Positions 26,368-33,933 of a DNA stretch of 33,933 nt are shown in pieces; position 1 is the first letter of the stretch, and each line of letters starts with the position of its first letter. Source of the DNA: an uncultured bacterium (GTDB taxonomy: Bacteria > Ratteibacteria > UBA8468 > B48-G9 > JAFGKM01). The translations under genes and the position numbers were made by a program. Under the pieces are notes generated by a model. That model was not told where the DNA came from, ran no database searches, and saw only the letters and a program-made list of their open reading frames with translations. The DNA lies in NCBI GenBank assembly GCA_964502135.1, contig CAZCUO010000049.1:1-33933 (forward strand), in the 5' to 3' direction.

Positions 26368-27405
26368 ATGAAAAGAGTTCTTATTACAGGTGGTGCTGGT
26401 TTTATAGGAACAAATCTTGTCTTAAATTTGTTGAAAAAAAAAGAAAATTATGTAGTAGTATATGACAACCTCTCAAGAAAAGGTGTTGAAAAAAACATTG
26501 AATATCTTCTCTCTCTTAAACTTAAAAATTTTGAATTTGTAAAAGGCGATATAAGAGATTATAAAAAACTAAAAGAAATTGTTAGAGATTTTGATGTAAT
26601 ATATCACCTTGCAGCACAAGTAGCAGTAACAAAATCAGTTGAAGACCCTATAGAAGATTTTGAAATAAATGCAATTGGGACCCTTTATCTTCTTGAAGCA
26701 ATTAGAAAAAATTGTCCAAATTCAATTATTATTTTTAGTTCAACAAATAAAGTTTATGGACAACTATCTCATTTAAGATTAGAAGAAAAGGCGAAAAGAT
26801 ACCAACTTATTGATAGAAAAAATGGAATAGATGAAAATGAAAATATTGATTTTCATTCACCATATGGATGTTCAAAAGGAACTGCAGACCAGTATATAAG
26901 AGATTATTACAGAATTTACAGGATTAAAAGTGTTGTTTTCAGGCAATCATGCATTTATGGACCATTTCAATATGGCAATGAAGACCAAGGATGGGTTGCT
27001 CATTTTGTTATAAAAGCGATTTTAGATGAAAAAATAAATATATATGGAGATGGGAAACAAGTAAGAGATATCCTTGAAGTAAGTGATTTAATAAGTGCTT
27101 ATAAACTTGCAGTAAAAAATATAGAAAAATGTAAAGGAGAAATTTTTAATATAGGCGGAGGAATTAAAAATACTTTTTCCCTTCTTGAACTTATTGAATT
27201 TCTTGAAAAAAAATTAAATAGAAAAATTAAACTTGAATTTTTTGATTGGAGGCCAGGAGATCAGAAAGTTTTTATAAGTAATAATAAAAAATTTGAGAAA
27301 ATGACAAACTGGAAAATCAAAATAGACAAGAAAAAAGGTGTAGAGAATTTGATTAAATGGGTTAAAAAGAATATATCAGTTATAAAGGAGGTATGTCAGA
27401 AATGA
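26368..27405 (+). CDS. NAD-dependent sugar epimerase, CDP-paratose 2-epimerase-like SDR
   Basis: I moved the start to MKRVLITGGAGFIGTNL (Rossmann GxxGxxG at the N-terminus). Motifs: YDNLSRKGVEKNIEYL, SSTNKVYG, catalytic YGCSKGTADQY (YxxxK). The track start at 26284 lies in the repeat. Confidence 0.7.
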   Translation: MKRVLITGGAGFIGTNLVLNLLKKKENYVVVYDNLSRKGVEKNIEYLLSLKLKNFEFVKGDIRDYKKLKEIVRDFDVIYHLAAQVAVTKSVEDPIEDFEINAIGTLYLLEAIRKNCPNSIIIFSSTNKVYGQLSHLRLEEKAKRYQLIDRKNGIDENENIDFHSPYGCSKGTADQYIRDYYRIYRIKSVVFRQSCIYGPFQYGNEDQGWVAHFVIKAILDEKINIYGDGKQVRDILEVSDLISAYKLAVKNIEKCKGEIFNIGGGIKNTFSLLELIEFLEKKLNRKIKLEFFDWRPGDQKVFISNNKKFEKMTNWKIKIDKKKGVENLIKWVKKNISVIKEVCQK

Positions 27406-28733
27406 AAAATATAGGAGTAATTGGTGCTGGACATGTTGGACTTGTGACATCTGCCTGCTTTTCAAAACTTGGAAATAAAGTAATCTGCTGTGATAATGAT
27501 GTTGAAAAAATTGAAAAAATTAAAAAATTTATAATGCCATTTTATGAACCTGGCCTTGAGGAAATTGTTAAAGAATCTGTTGAAAAAAAACTTTTAAGTT
27601 TTACTGATTCTATATATGAAGTGGTTAAAAACTCAGAAATAATATTTATAGCCGTAGGAACTCCATCAACTTCAGAAGGTAAAGCAGACCTTTCTTATGT
27701 TGAAAATGTTACTGTTGAAATTGCAAATTCATTGAAAAAATTGGTAGAAATAGAAAAAGAGAGAAAAATTTACAGATTAATTGTTGAGAAAAGCACTGTT
27801 CCTGTTTTAACGAGTGAATGGGTTAAAAAAACATTACAATTACTTTCTCCAACAGGGATTGAATTTGATGTTGCTGCAAATCCTGAATTTTTAAGAGAAG
27901 GTAGTGCCATAAAGGATTTTTTTAATCCTGATAGGATTGTTATAGGTGTTGAAAGTGAAAGAGCAAAAAAAATTTTTGAAGAAATATATTCACCAATTAA
28001 TTGCCCTAAAATTTTTACAGATGTTAAAAGTGCAGAACTTATAAAACATGCTTCAAATTCATTTCTTGCACTTAAAATTTCTTATATTAACGCAATCGCA
28101 AATATATGTGAAAGGGTTGGTGCTGATGTTGAACTTGTTGCCGAAGGAATGGGACTTGATAAAAGAATTGGAAAAGAATTTCTAAAAGCAGGTGTTGGTT
28201 ATGGAGGAAGTTGTCTTCCAAAAGATGTATCAGCATTTATTCATATAGCAGAAGAACTTGGTTATCAATTTAATCTTTTAAAAGAAGTTCAAAAAATAAA
28301 TAGTCAACAAAGATTACTAATTATTAAAAAAGCAAAGGAATTATTATGGAATTTAAAAGATAAAAATATTGGAATATTTGGACTTTCTTTTAAACCAGAA
28401 ACCGACGATATAAGACAATCCCCTGCAATTGATATAATTGATTTATTGAAAAAGGAAAATGCGAATTTAAAATGTTATGACCCAAAAGCAATTGAAAATA
28501 TGAAGAAAATTTATCCTGATATTTTTTATTCATATGACCCTTATGAAGTTGCAAATGAATGTCATCTTTTAATTTTTCTAACTGAATGGGAAATTTTTAA
28601 GAAACTTGATTTTAGAAAGATAAAAGAAATTATGAAGATGCCATATATAATTGATGGGAGAAATTTTCTTGATTATAAAAATTTAAAATCAATTGGTTTT
28701 ATATACAGGGGAATTGGGAGGAAAGTTGAATAG
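27402..28733 (+). CDS. ugd: UDP-glucose 6-dehydrogenase
   Basis: Motifs: MKNIGVIGAGHVGLVTSACF, NPEFLREGSAI, catalytic GGSCLPKD, GLSFKPETDDIRQSPA. The ATG at 27402 forms an ATGA overlap with the upstream stop and lies 10 nt after the SD (aaggagg). Confidence 0.9.
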   Translation: MKNIGVIGAGHVGLVTSACFSKLGNKVICCDNDVEKIEKIKKFIMPFYEPGLEEIVKESVEKKLLSFTDSIYEVVKNSEIIFIAVGTPSTSEGKADLSYVENVTVEIANSLKKLVEIEKERKIYRLIVEKSTVPVLTSEWVKKTLQLLSPTGIEFDVAANPEFLREGSAIKDFFNPDRIVIGVESERAKKIFEEIYSPINCPKIFTDVKSAELIKHASNSFLALKISYINAIANICERVGADVELVAEGMGLDKRIGKEFLKAGVGYGGSCLPKDVSAFIHIAEELGYQFNLLKEVQKINSQQRLLIIKKAKELLWNLKDKNIGIFGLSFKPETDDIRQSPAIDIIDLLKKENANLKCYDPKAIENMKKIYPDIFYSYDPYEVANECHLLIFLTEWEIFKKLDFRKIKEIMKMPYIIDGRNFLDYKNLKSIGFIYRGIGRKVE

Positions 28734-29664
28734 AAAAATTTTGATTAGTGGAGGATGTGGGTTTATAGGTAGTCATCTTTGTGATTTTTTCATTAAAAAT
28801 GGAGATATTGTATGGTGCATTGATAATTTTATAACATCTGAAAGAAAAAATATTCAGCATCTCGTTGAGAATAAAAATTTTATTTTAATTGAAAAAAATC
28901 TTTTAGAAGTTGATGAAAATGAGTTAAATGAAAAGTTTGACTATGTTTTACATTTCGCAAGTCCTGCGTCTCCTGTTGATTATATAAAATATCCAATAGA
29001 AACATTAAAAGTAAATTCAATTGGAACAGAAAAAATGTTAAATATTGCTTTAAAATCAAATTCTGTTTTTCTTTTTGCTTCAACATCAGAAGTTTATGGA
29101 GACCCACTTGTTCCTATCCAAAATGAGGAATACTGGGGAAATGTAAATCCAATAGGAATAAGAAGTGTTTATGATGAAGGAAAAAGATATGGAGAAGCAT
29201 TAACAATGGCATATCATAGAAAATTTAAACTGAATACAAAAATAATAAGAATTTTTAATACATATGGACCAAGAATGCGACTTAATGATGGGAGAGTTAT
29301 TCCAAATTTTATATATAATGCTTTAAATAATAAACCACTCCCAATTTATGGAGATGGAAAGCAGACAAGAAGTTTTTGCTATATTGACGATTTAATAAAT
29401 GGGATTATTAAAGTTCTTGAAGTTGATTATAATTTACCTATTAATCTTGGGAATCCAGAAGAATTTACAATAATTGAACTTGCAGAAAAAATTGAAAGAA
29501 TATTTGGAAAAAAACTTGGAATTAAATATTTACCTGCCCTGCCAGATGACCCAAGAAAAAGAAAACCTGATATAACTCTTGCCAAAAAATTACTCTCCTG
29601 GGAACCAAAGATATCTCTTGAAGAAGGACTTAAAAAAACAATTGAATATTACATTTCTCTTTAA
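28726..29664 (+). CDS. uxs: UDP-glucuronate decarboxylase (UDP-xylose synthase)
   Basis: Motifs: ILISGGCGFIGSHLCD, FASTSEVYGDP, EEYWGNVNPIGIRSVYDEGKRYGEAL, NTYGPRM. The start is uncertain: TTG at 28726 with GGGAGG at 28716-28721 is preferred over the TTG at 28693 used by the track. Confidence 0.85.
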   Translation: MNRKILISGGCGFIGSHLCDFFIKNGDIVWCIDNFITSERKNIQHLVENKNFILIEKNLLEVDENELNEKFDYVLHFASPASPVDYIKYPIETLKVNSIGTEKMLNIALKSNSVFLFASTSEVYGDPLVPIQNEEYWGNVNPIGIRSVYDEGKRYGEALTMAYHRKFKLNTKIIRIFNTYGPRMRLNDGRVIPNFIYNALNNKPLPIYGDGKQTRSFCYIDDLINGIIKVLEVDYNLPINLGNPEEFTIIELAEKIERIFGKKLGIKYLPALPDDPRKRKPDITLAKKLLSWEPKISLEEGLKKTIEYYISL

Positions 29665-29674
29665 TTTTAAAATT

Positions 29675-29703
29675 TTGATTTTCCCTTCATTTTCTGGTAA
29701 ATT
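29675..29703 (+). promoter_or_regulatory. putative promoter (TTGATT-17 nt-TAAATT) placed for a leaderless SDR mRNA
   Basis: -35 TTGATT at 29675-29680, 17-nt spacer, -10 TAAATT at 29698-29703. The ATG at 29710 is 6 nt after the -10 and there is no SD. Confidence 0.4.
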
Positions 29704-29709
29704 AAAAAT

Positions 29710-30822
29710 ATGAAAAAAATACTTGTTACTGGTGGAGCAGGATTTATCGGAAGCCATCTTGTTGATGAACTTGTGAAAAAGGGATATGAAGTTATTGTTT
29801 ATGATAATTTAGACCCGCAGGTTCATCCTGACGGTATTCCTGACTATATAAATTTAAAAGCAAGGTATATTTTTGAAGATATTAGAAAAATACAAGAATT
29901 AAGAAAGTTAATTAAAGAAGTTGATTACATTTTCCATTTTGCAGCAAAAGTTGGAGTTGGGCAATCTCAATATCAAATAAGGGAATATGTTGATGTAAAT
30001 ATTACAGGGACAGCAAATTTATTAGACATTCTTGTAAATACTAAAAATAATGTAAAAAAATTAATTGTTGCTTCTTCAATGAGCATATATGGAGAAGGTC
30101 TTTATAAATGTGAAAAATGTGGAAATGTCAAACCAAATTTGAGAAATTTTACAGATGAAAAAATAAATGAATGGGAGCCAAAATGTCCTTTTTGTAAAGG
30201 AGATATAATCCCAATCCCAACTCCTGAAACACATCCTATTATACCTAATTCAATTTACGCCATAACAAAAAAAGAACAGGAAGAAATGTCACTTTTGATA
30301 GGGAAAACATATAATATTCCAGTCGTATCTCTGAGATTTTTTAATGTTTATGGACCTAGACAATCCCTTTCAAACCCATATACAGGTGTATGTGCAATAT
30401 TTTTAAGTAGAATTAAAAATGACAAACCACCTATAATTTTTGAAGATGGTTTCCAAACAAGGGACTTTATATGGGTTGGAGATGTTGTAAATGCATGTAT
30501 TATGGCAATGGAAAAAGACCAAGCAAATTATGAAATTTTTAATGTTGGAAGTGGAAAACCTGTTACAATCGTTGAAATTGCAAATTTACTTATAAAATTA
30601 CTTGAGAAAGATTTAAAACCGGAAATAACATATAAGTTCAGAAAAGGAGATGTGAGACACTGTTATGCTGATATAAGTAAAATTAGAGAAAAAATTGGAT
30701 TTGAACCCAAAACAAATCTTGAAGATGGTCTTAAAAAATTGATTGAATGGGCAAGAGAAACAAAAGCAGTGGATAAATTTGAAAAGGCACATCAAGAATT
30801 AAAAAATAAAGGACTTGTTTGA
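29710..30822 (+). CDS. NAD-dependent epimerase/dehydratase (extended SDR) with a 4-Cys zinc-ribbon-like insertion
   Basis: Motifs: ILVTGGAGFIGSHLVDEL, ASSMSIYG, catalytic YAITKKEQE (YxxxK). A CEKC-x21-CPFC insertion (30109-30195) sits between the Ser and the YxxxK motif. Confidence 0.75.
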   Translation: MKKILVTGGAGFIGSHLVDELVKKGYEVIVYDNLDPQVHPDGIPDYINLKARYIFEDIRKIQELRKLIKEVDYIFHFAAKVGVGQSQYQIREYVDVNITGTANLLDILVNTKNNVKKLIVASSMSIYGEGLYKCEKCGNVKPNLRNFTDEKINEWEPKCPFCKGDIIPIPTPETHPIIPNSIYAITKKEQEEMSLLIGKTYNIPVVSLRFFNVYGPRQSLSNPYTGVCAIFLSRIKNDKPPIIFEDGFQTRDFIWVGDVVNACIMAMEKDQANYEIFNVGSGKPVTIVEIANLLIKLLEKDLKPEITYKFRKGDVRHCYADISKIREKIGFEPKTNLEDGLKKLIEWARETKAVDKFEKAHQELKNKGLV

Positions 30823-30826
30823 AAAT

Positions 30827-31534
30827 ATGGATTTATTTTTAAGTATAGTTATCCCTGCAAGAAATGAGGAAGAAAATATAAAAGAGACAATTGAAAATTT
30901 AATTCCTTACATAAATACAGAAGAGACAGAAATAATTGTTGTAAATGACCATTCAGTAGATAGAACAGAAGAAATAGTTTTAAAATTATGTGAGAAATAT
31001 AAATTTTTAAAAATAGTGAGAAATGAAAAAAGTCCTGGATTTGCAAATGCTTTAAAAACTGGTTTTGAGAATGCAAAAGGTAAATTTGTATTGCCTGTTA
31101 TGGCTGATGGTTGCGATAGTCCTCAAACAATTAAAGATATGATTAAAAAAGCAAAAGATGGTTACGATTTAATTTGTGGTTCAAGATATACAAAAGAGGG
31201 AAAAAAAATAGGAGGACCTAAAATACAATCATTCTTTTCAAAATTTGTTGGCATCTCTTTATATTATTTAATTAAAATTCCTACAAAGGACTGTCCTAAT
31301 GCTTTTAAAATGTATAGAAGAGAAATTTTAAATTCATTAAAATTAAAATCCAATGGTTTTTCAATATCAATGGAAGCGTGTTTAAAATTCTATTTTTCAG
31401 GTTATAAAATATGTGAAGTCCCAACTGTATGGTATGGAAGAAAAAAAGGAAAATCAAAATTTAAATTATCAAAGACATTACCTTATATTAAACTTTATAT
31501 TTGGGCAATTTTAAAAAAATGGAAATTTCTATAG
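30827..31534 (+). CDS. family 2 glycosyltransferase, polyprenyl-phosphate sugar synthase (DPM1/ArnC-like)
   Basis: Motifs: LSIVIPARNEEENI, IIVVNDHSVDRT, a VMADG..SP segment (DxD-equivalent region), GSRY. Short (about 235 aa) DPM1-like architecture. I chose the ATG at 30827 over the TTG at 30815. Confidence 0.75.
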   Translation: MDLFLSIVIPARNEEENIKETIENLIPYINTEETEIIVVNDHSVDRTEEIVLKLCEKYKFLKIVRNEKSPGFANALKTGFENAKGKFVLPVMADGCDSPQTIKDMIKKAKDGYDLICGSRYTKEGKKIGGPKIQSFFSKFVGISLYYLIKIPTKDCPNAFKMYRREILNSLKLKSNGFSISMEACLKFYFSGYKICEVPTVWYGRKKGKSKFKLSKTLPYIKLYIWAILKKWKFL

Positions 31535-32223
31535 TCATACCTGCTTATAATGAAGAAAAAAGGATAGGCAAAACATTGGAAAGAGTTTATGAATACTTTA
31601 AAAAGAAAAAAACTGAATTTGAAATTATTGTTGTTGATGATGGAAGTAATGATAGAACAGTTGAAATTGTTGAAAAATTTTCTTCGGATAAAAAAGAAAT
31701 AAGAATATTGAAACATGAAAAAAATATGGGTAAAGGCAAAGCAGTAAAAACAGGAATTTTAGACGCCAAAGGAAATTTAATCTTATTTACAGATGCTGAT
31801 TTATCAACACCAATAGAAGAATTTGAAAAACTTAAAAAAGCAATTGAAAATGGATATGATATCGCTATTGGTTCAAGAGGATTAAAGGACTCAAAAATAG
31901 TTATTCCTCAACCATTTTACAGAAGAATAATAGGTAGAATTTTCCCATTACTTGTAAAATTAATAGTTATAAAGGATTTTAAAGATACTCAATGTGGATT
32001 TAAATTATTTAAAAAAGATATTGCAAAAAAGATATTCAGCCAATTAAAAACAGAAGGATTTGCTTTTGATGTTGAAGTTCTTGCAAGAGGTAAAAAAGAA
32101 AACTTTAAAATTGCTGAAGTAGGTGTTTTGTGGTATAATTCTCCTGAAAGTAAGGTTTCTATTTTAAAATCGCCTTTTAAAATGTTTTTAGAATTAAACA
32201 GAATAAAAAAAATTTTGAAATGA
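31519..32223 (+). CDS. family 2 glycosyltransferase, polyprenyl-phosphate glucosyl/mannosyl-transferase-like
   Basis: Motifs: ISIVIPAYNEEKRI, IIVVDDGSNDRT, FTDADLSTP, GSRG, QCGFKLF. I chose the ATG at 31519, which overlaps the upstream gene by 16 nt. Confidence 0.8.
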   Translation: MEISIVIPAYNEEKRIGKTLERVYEYFKKKKTEFEIIVVDDGSNDRTVEIVEKFSSDKKEIRILKHEKNMGKGKAVKTGILDAKGNLILFTDADLSTPIEEFEKLKKAIENGYDIAIGSRGLKDSKIVIPQPFYRRIIGRIFPLLVKLIVIKDFKDTQCGFKLFKKDIAKKIFSQLKTEGFAFDVEVLARGKKENFKIAEVGVLWYNSPESKVSILKSPFKMFLELNRIKKILK

Positions 32224-33674
32224 AAGTACTTTTTGCTTACTTCCCACATTATTCAAAAGAAAAAGGATATCTTTTACTGAGCCAAAATAGATTTGCAAAA
32301 TATAGGGGAAATCCAGAGTTAATATACCCTTTAATTCCAGCAAGTTGCCTAACCATATTAAAAAATCATGGATACAAAGTGAATTATGTTGATGCAATTT
32401 TTGAGAAAATGGATATTGAAAGTTTTATTAAAAAGATTTATGAAATCTCACCTGATATTATAATTTTTGAATCCAAAACACCTTCAATAAAAAAGGACTG
32501 GGAAATAGTCAATCTTATTAAAGACGAATTTCCAAATATTTTAATTTTTTCATGTGGAGACCATGTAAGTGTTTTACCAGAAGAAACAATTAAAAATAGT
32601 AAAGTTGATTTTGTTATAATTGGTGGCGATTATGATTATGTTTCATTTTTATTATGTGAAGCAATTAAAGGGAAAGAAAAATTTCCTTCAGGGGTTATAT
32701 ATAAAAATATAAATGGAGAAATAATAAGCAACAGAAAACCCACATTTATTGAAAATCTTGATGATTTACCTTTTATTAATAGAGAAATTGTCCCTTGGCA
32801 AAATTATCATGAGGCATGGCGTCTTTATGATGAATTTACCTATATGTATGGAAGTAGAGGATGTCCTTATGGATGCACTTTCTGCTCTTGGCCACAGATG
32901 TTATATGAAGGAAAAGTTAGATTCCGTTCTCCTCAAAAAATTGTTGATGAAATTGAAATTTTAATAAAAAAATATGGAATAAAAGAAATATTTTTTGATG
33001 ATGATACATTTACTTGTAATAAAAATTGGGTCTTAAAAATATGTAATTTAATATTAGAAAGAGGGGTTAAAATTTTATGGAGTTGCAATGGTAGAGTTGA
33101 TAATGTTGATTATGAAATGCTAAAAATTATGAAAAAAAGCGGATGTAGAATGATTAAATATGGAGTTGAAAGTGCTTCACAAAAAACACTTGATTTATTA
33201 AAAAAGGAATATACTATAAAAGATGTAAAAAAAGCATTTAGAGATACTCAGAAAAATAGAATACTTATTCATGCAACAGCAATGATTGGTTTCCCTTGGG
33301 AGAAAAAAGAAGATATGATTAAAACAATAAAATTTATAAAAGAATTAAAACCAGATACCTGTCAGTTTTCATTACCAATTCCTTATCCTGGAACAAAATT
33401 ATTTGAAGATGCATTTAAGGAAAATCTTTTAATATATGGCGAAAATTGGGAATTTTATGATATGAGTAAGCCACTTTTGAAAAATTATTATTTAAATTCA
33501 GAAGAAATAGTAAAAATATGGAAAAAGGCGTGGATAAGTGTTTATTTTTCTCCTTCTTTTATTTTAAGGAAAATAAAAAATTTAAAAAATTTTAAAGTTT
33601 TAAAACTTTATATTAGGGGAATATTATCAGTTTTAATAGGACACTTAAAAATTTTTAAAAAAAATGGATGTTAA
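32220..33674 (+). CDS. B12-binding-domain radical SAM protein (class B rSAM)
   Basis: 484 aa. N-terminal Rossmann-like cobalamin-binding region (IIIFESKTPS..., FVIIGGDYD), then the radical SAM motif GCPYGCTFCSWP (CxxxCxxC). ATGA overlap with the upstream GT2. Confidence 0.8.
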   Translation: MKVLFAYFPHYSKEKGYLLLSQNRFAKYRGNPELIYPLIPASCLTILKNHGYKVNYVDAIFEKMDIESFIKKIYEISPDIIIFESKTPSIKKDWEIVNLIKDEFPNILIFSCGDHVSVLPEETIKNSKVDFVIIGGDYDYVSFLLCEAIKGKEKFPSGVIYKNINGEIISNRKPTFIENLDDLPFINREIVPWQNYHEAWRLYDEFTYMYGSRGCPYGCTFCSWPQMLYEGKVRFRSPQKIVDEIEILIKKYGIKEIFFDDDTFTCNKNWVLKICNLILERGVKILWSCNGRVDNVDYEMLKIMKKSGCRMIKYGVESASQKTLDLLKKEYTIKDVKKAFRDTQKNRILIHATAMIGFPWEKKEDMIKTIKFIKELKPDTCQFSLPIPYPGTKLFEDAFKENLLIYGENWEFYDMSKPLLKNYYLNSEEIVKIWKKAWISVYFSPSFILRKIKNLKNFKVLKLYIRGILSVLIGHLKIFKKNGC

Positions 33675-33933
33675 GGTTTCAATTATTATTCCAACAAAAA
33701 AAATAGATGAGAAAACAAAAAGATGCATTGAAGAATGTGAAAAATTAAATTATGAAAATTTTGAAATAATTGTCTTGCCTGATTTCTTGCCTAATGAAAA
33801 AATAAATTGCTCTTTTAAAATTAAAATAATTCCAACAGGAGAAGTTTATCCTTCAATTAAAAAAAATATTGGGGTTAAAAATTCAGAAGGAGAGATATGT
33901 GCCTTTATAGATTCAGATGCCTATCCGGATAAA
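33664..33933 (+). CDS. family 2 glycosyltransferase, N-terminal fragment (runs off the window)
   Basis: The ATG at 33664 (11-nt overlap with the rSAM gene) opens MDVKVSIIIPTKKIDEKTKRCIEECEKLNYENFEIIVLPD...GEICAFIDSDAYPDK. That is 90 codons with no stop to the window end, with GT2 motifs and a DxD (DSD). Not in the supplied track. Confidence 0.7.
   Translation, partial: MDVKVSIIIPTKKIDEKTKRCIEECEKLNYENFEIIVLPDFLPNEKINCSFKIKIIPTGEVYPSIKKNIGVKNSEGEICAFIDSDAYPDK

Noticed and set aside
13815-32964. Further embedded ORFs: 13815-14078, 15478-15735, 17872-18213, 22466-22699, 24805-25008, 28880-29107, 30613-30795, 30849-31076, 31495-31716, 31587-31769, 31989-32249, 32194-32397, 32749-32964.
   Set aside because: Same reasoning: they are nested in well-supported CDSs, have no motifs and no ribosome-binding sites.
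1-33933. Alternative genetic code or stop-codon recoding, frameshifted pseudogenes, transposases, and defence-system genes.
   Set aside because: All the long ORFs are intact under the standard code, with TAA, TAG and TGA all used as stops. I recognised no interrupted genes, IS elements, or nuclease/helicase/methylase-type defence genes.

Overview
This is a strongly AT-rich bacterial contig end, almost certainly from an uncultured or single-cell assembly, because bases 1-50 are Illumina adapter. Gene density is very high and the standard genetic code fits throughout.

Layout of the window:
- 51-9672: mixed-orientation housekeeping genes. These are a flavodoxin-like fragment, pilT, a long transaldolase, tRNA-Pro(UGG), glycerate kinase, a class II ribonucleotide reductase (nrdJ) interrupted by a 366-aa LAGLIDADG intein, an AmmeMemoRadiSam-type radical SAM gene, and a secreted 633-aa repeat protein.
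- 9936-33933: about 24 kb of uninterrupted plus-strand genes with many 0-16 nt gaps or ATGA overlaps. They fall into three blocks:
  1. Two paralogous PF04909-type amidohydrolases flanking a NagB-like deaminase, two DegT-type aminotransferases, an alpha/beta hydrolase, and a Dpp/Opp-type ABC importer with no binding protein.
  2. A DUF1549/DUF1553 protein, a DUF1501 protein, a PPC-domain protein and a chorismatase-like (FkbO/Hyg5, RidA-fold) protein, all translationally coupled.
  3. A nucleotide-sugar and envelope-glycan cluster: a paratose-epimerase-like SDR (short-chain dehydrogenase/reductase), ugd, uxs, a 4-Cys-insert SDR, two polyprenyl-phosphate-sugar-synthase-like GT2 (family 2 glycosyltransferase) genes, a B12-binding radical SAM gene and another GT2.

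Signals outside the genes:
- A GC-rich palindromic element with an invariant CCCACCT-N3-AGGTGGG stem occurs three times, each just after a stop codon.
- Four transcription-unit heads lack a Shine-Dalgarno (SD) sequence but have a -35/17 nt/-10 promoter ending 5-8 nt before the start codon, which suggests leaderless mRNAs.

No CRISPR array, rRNA, transposase or recognisable defence genes were seen. Family assignments come from motif recognition by eye, not from database searches.
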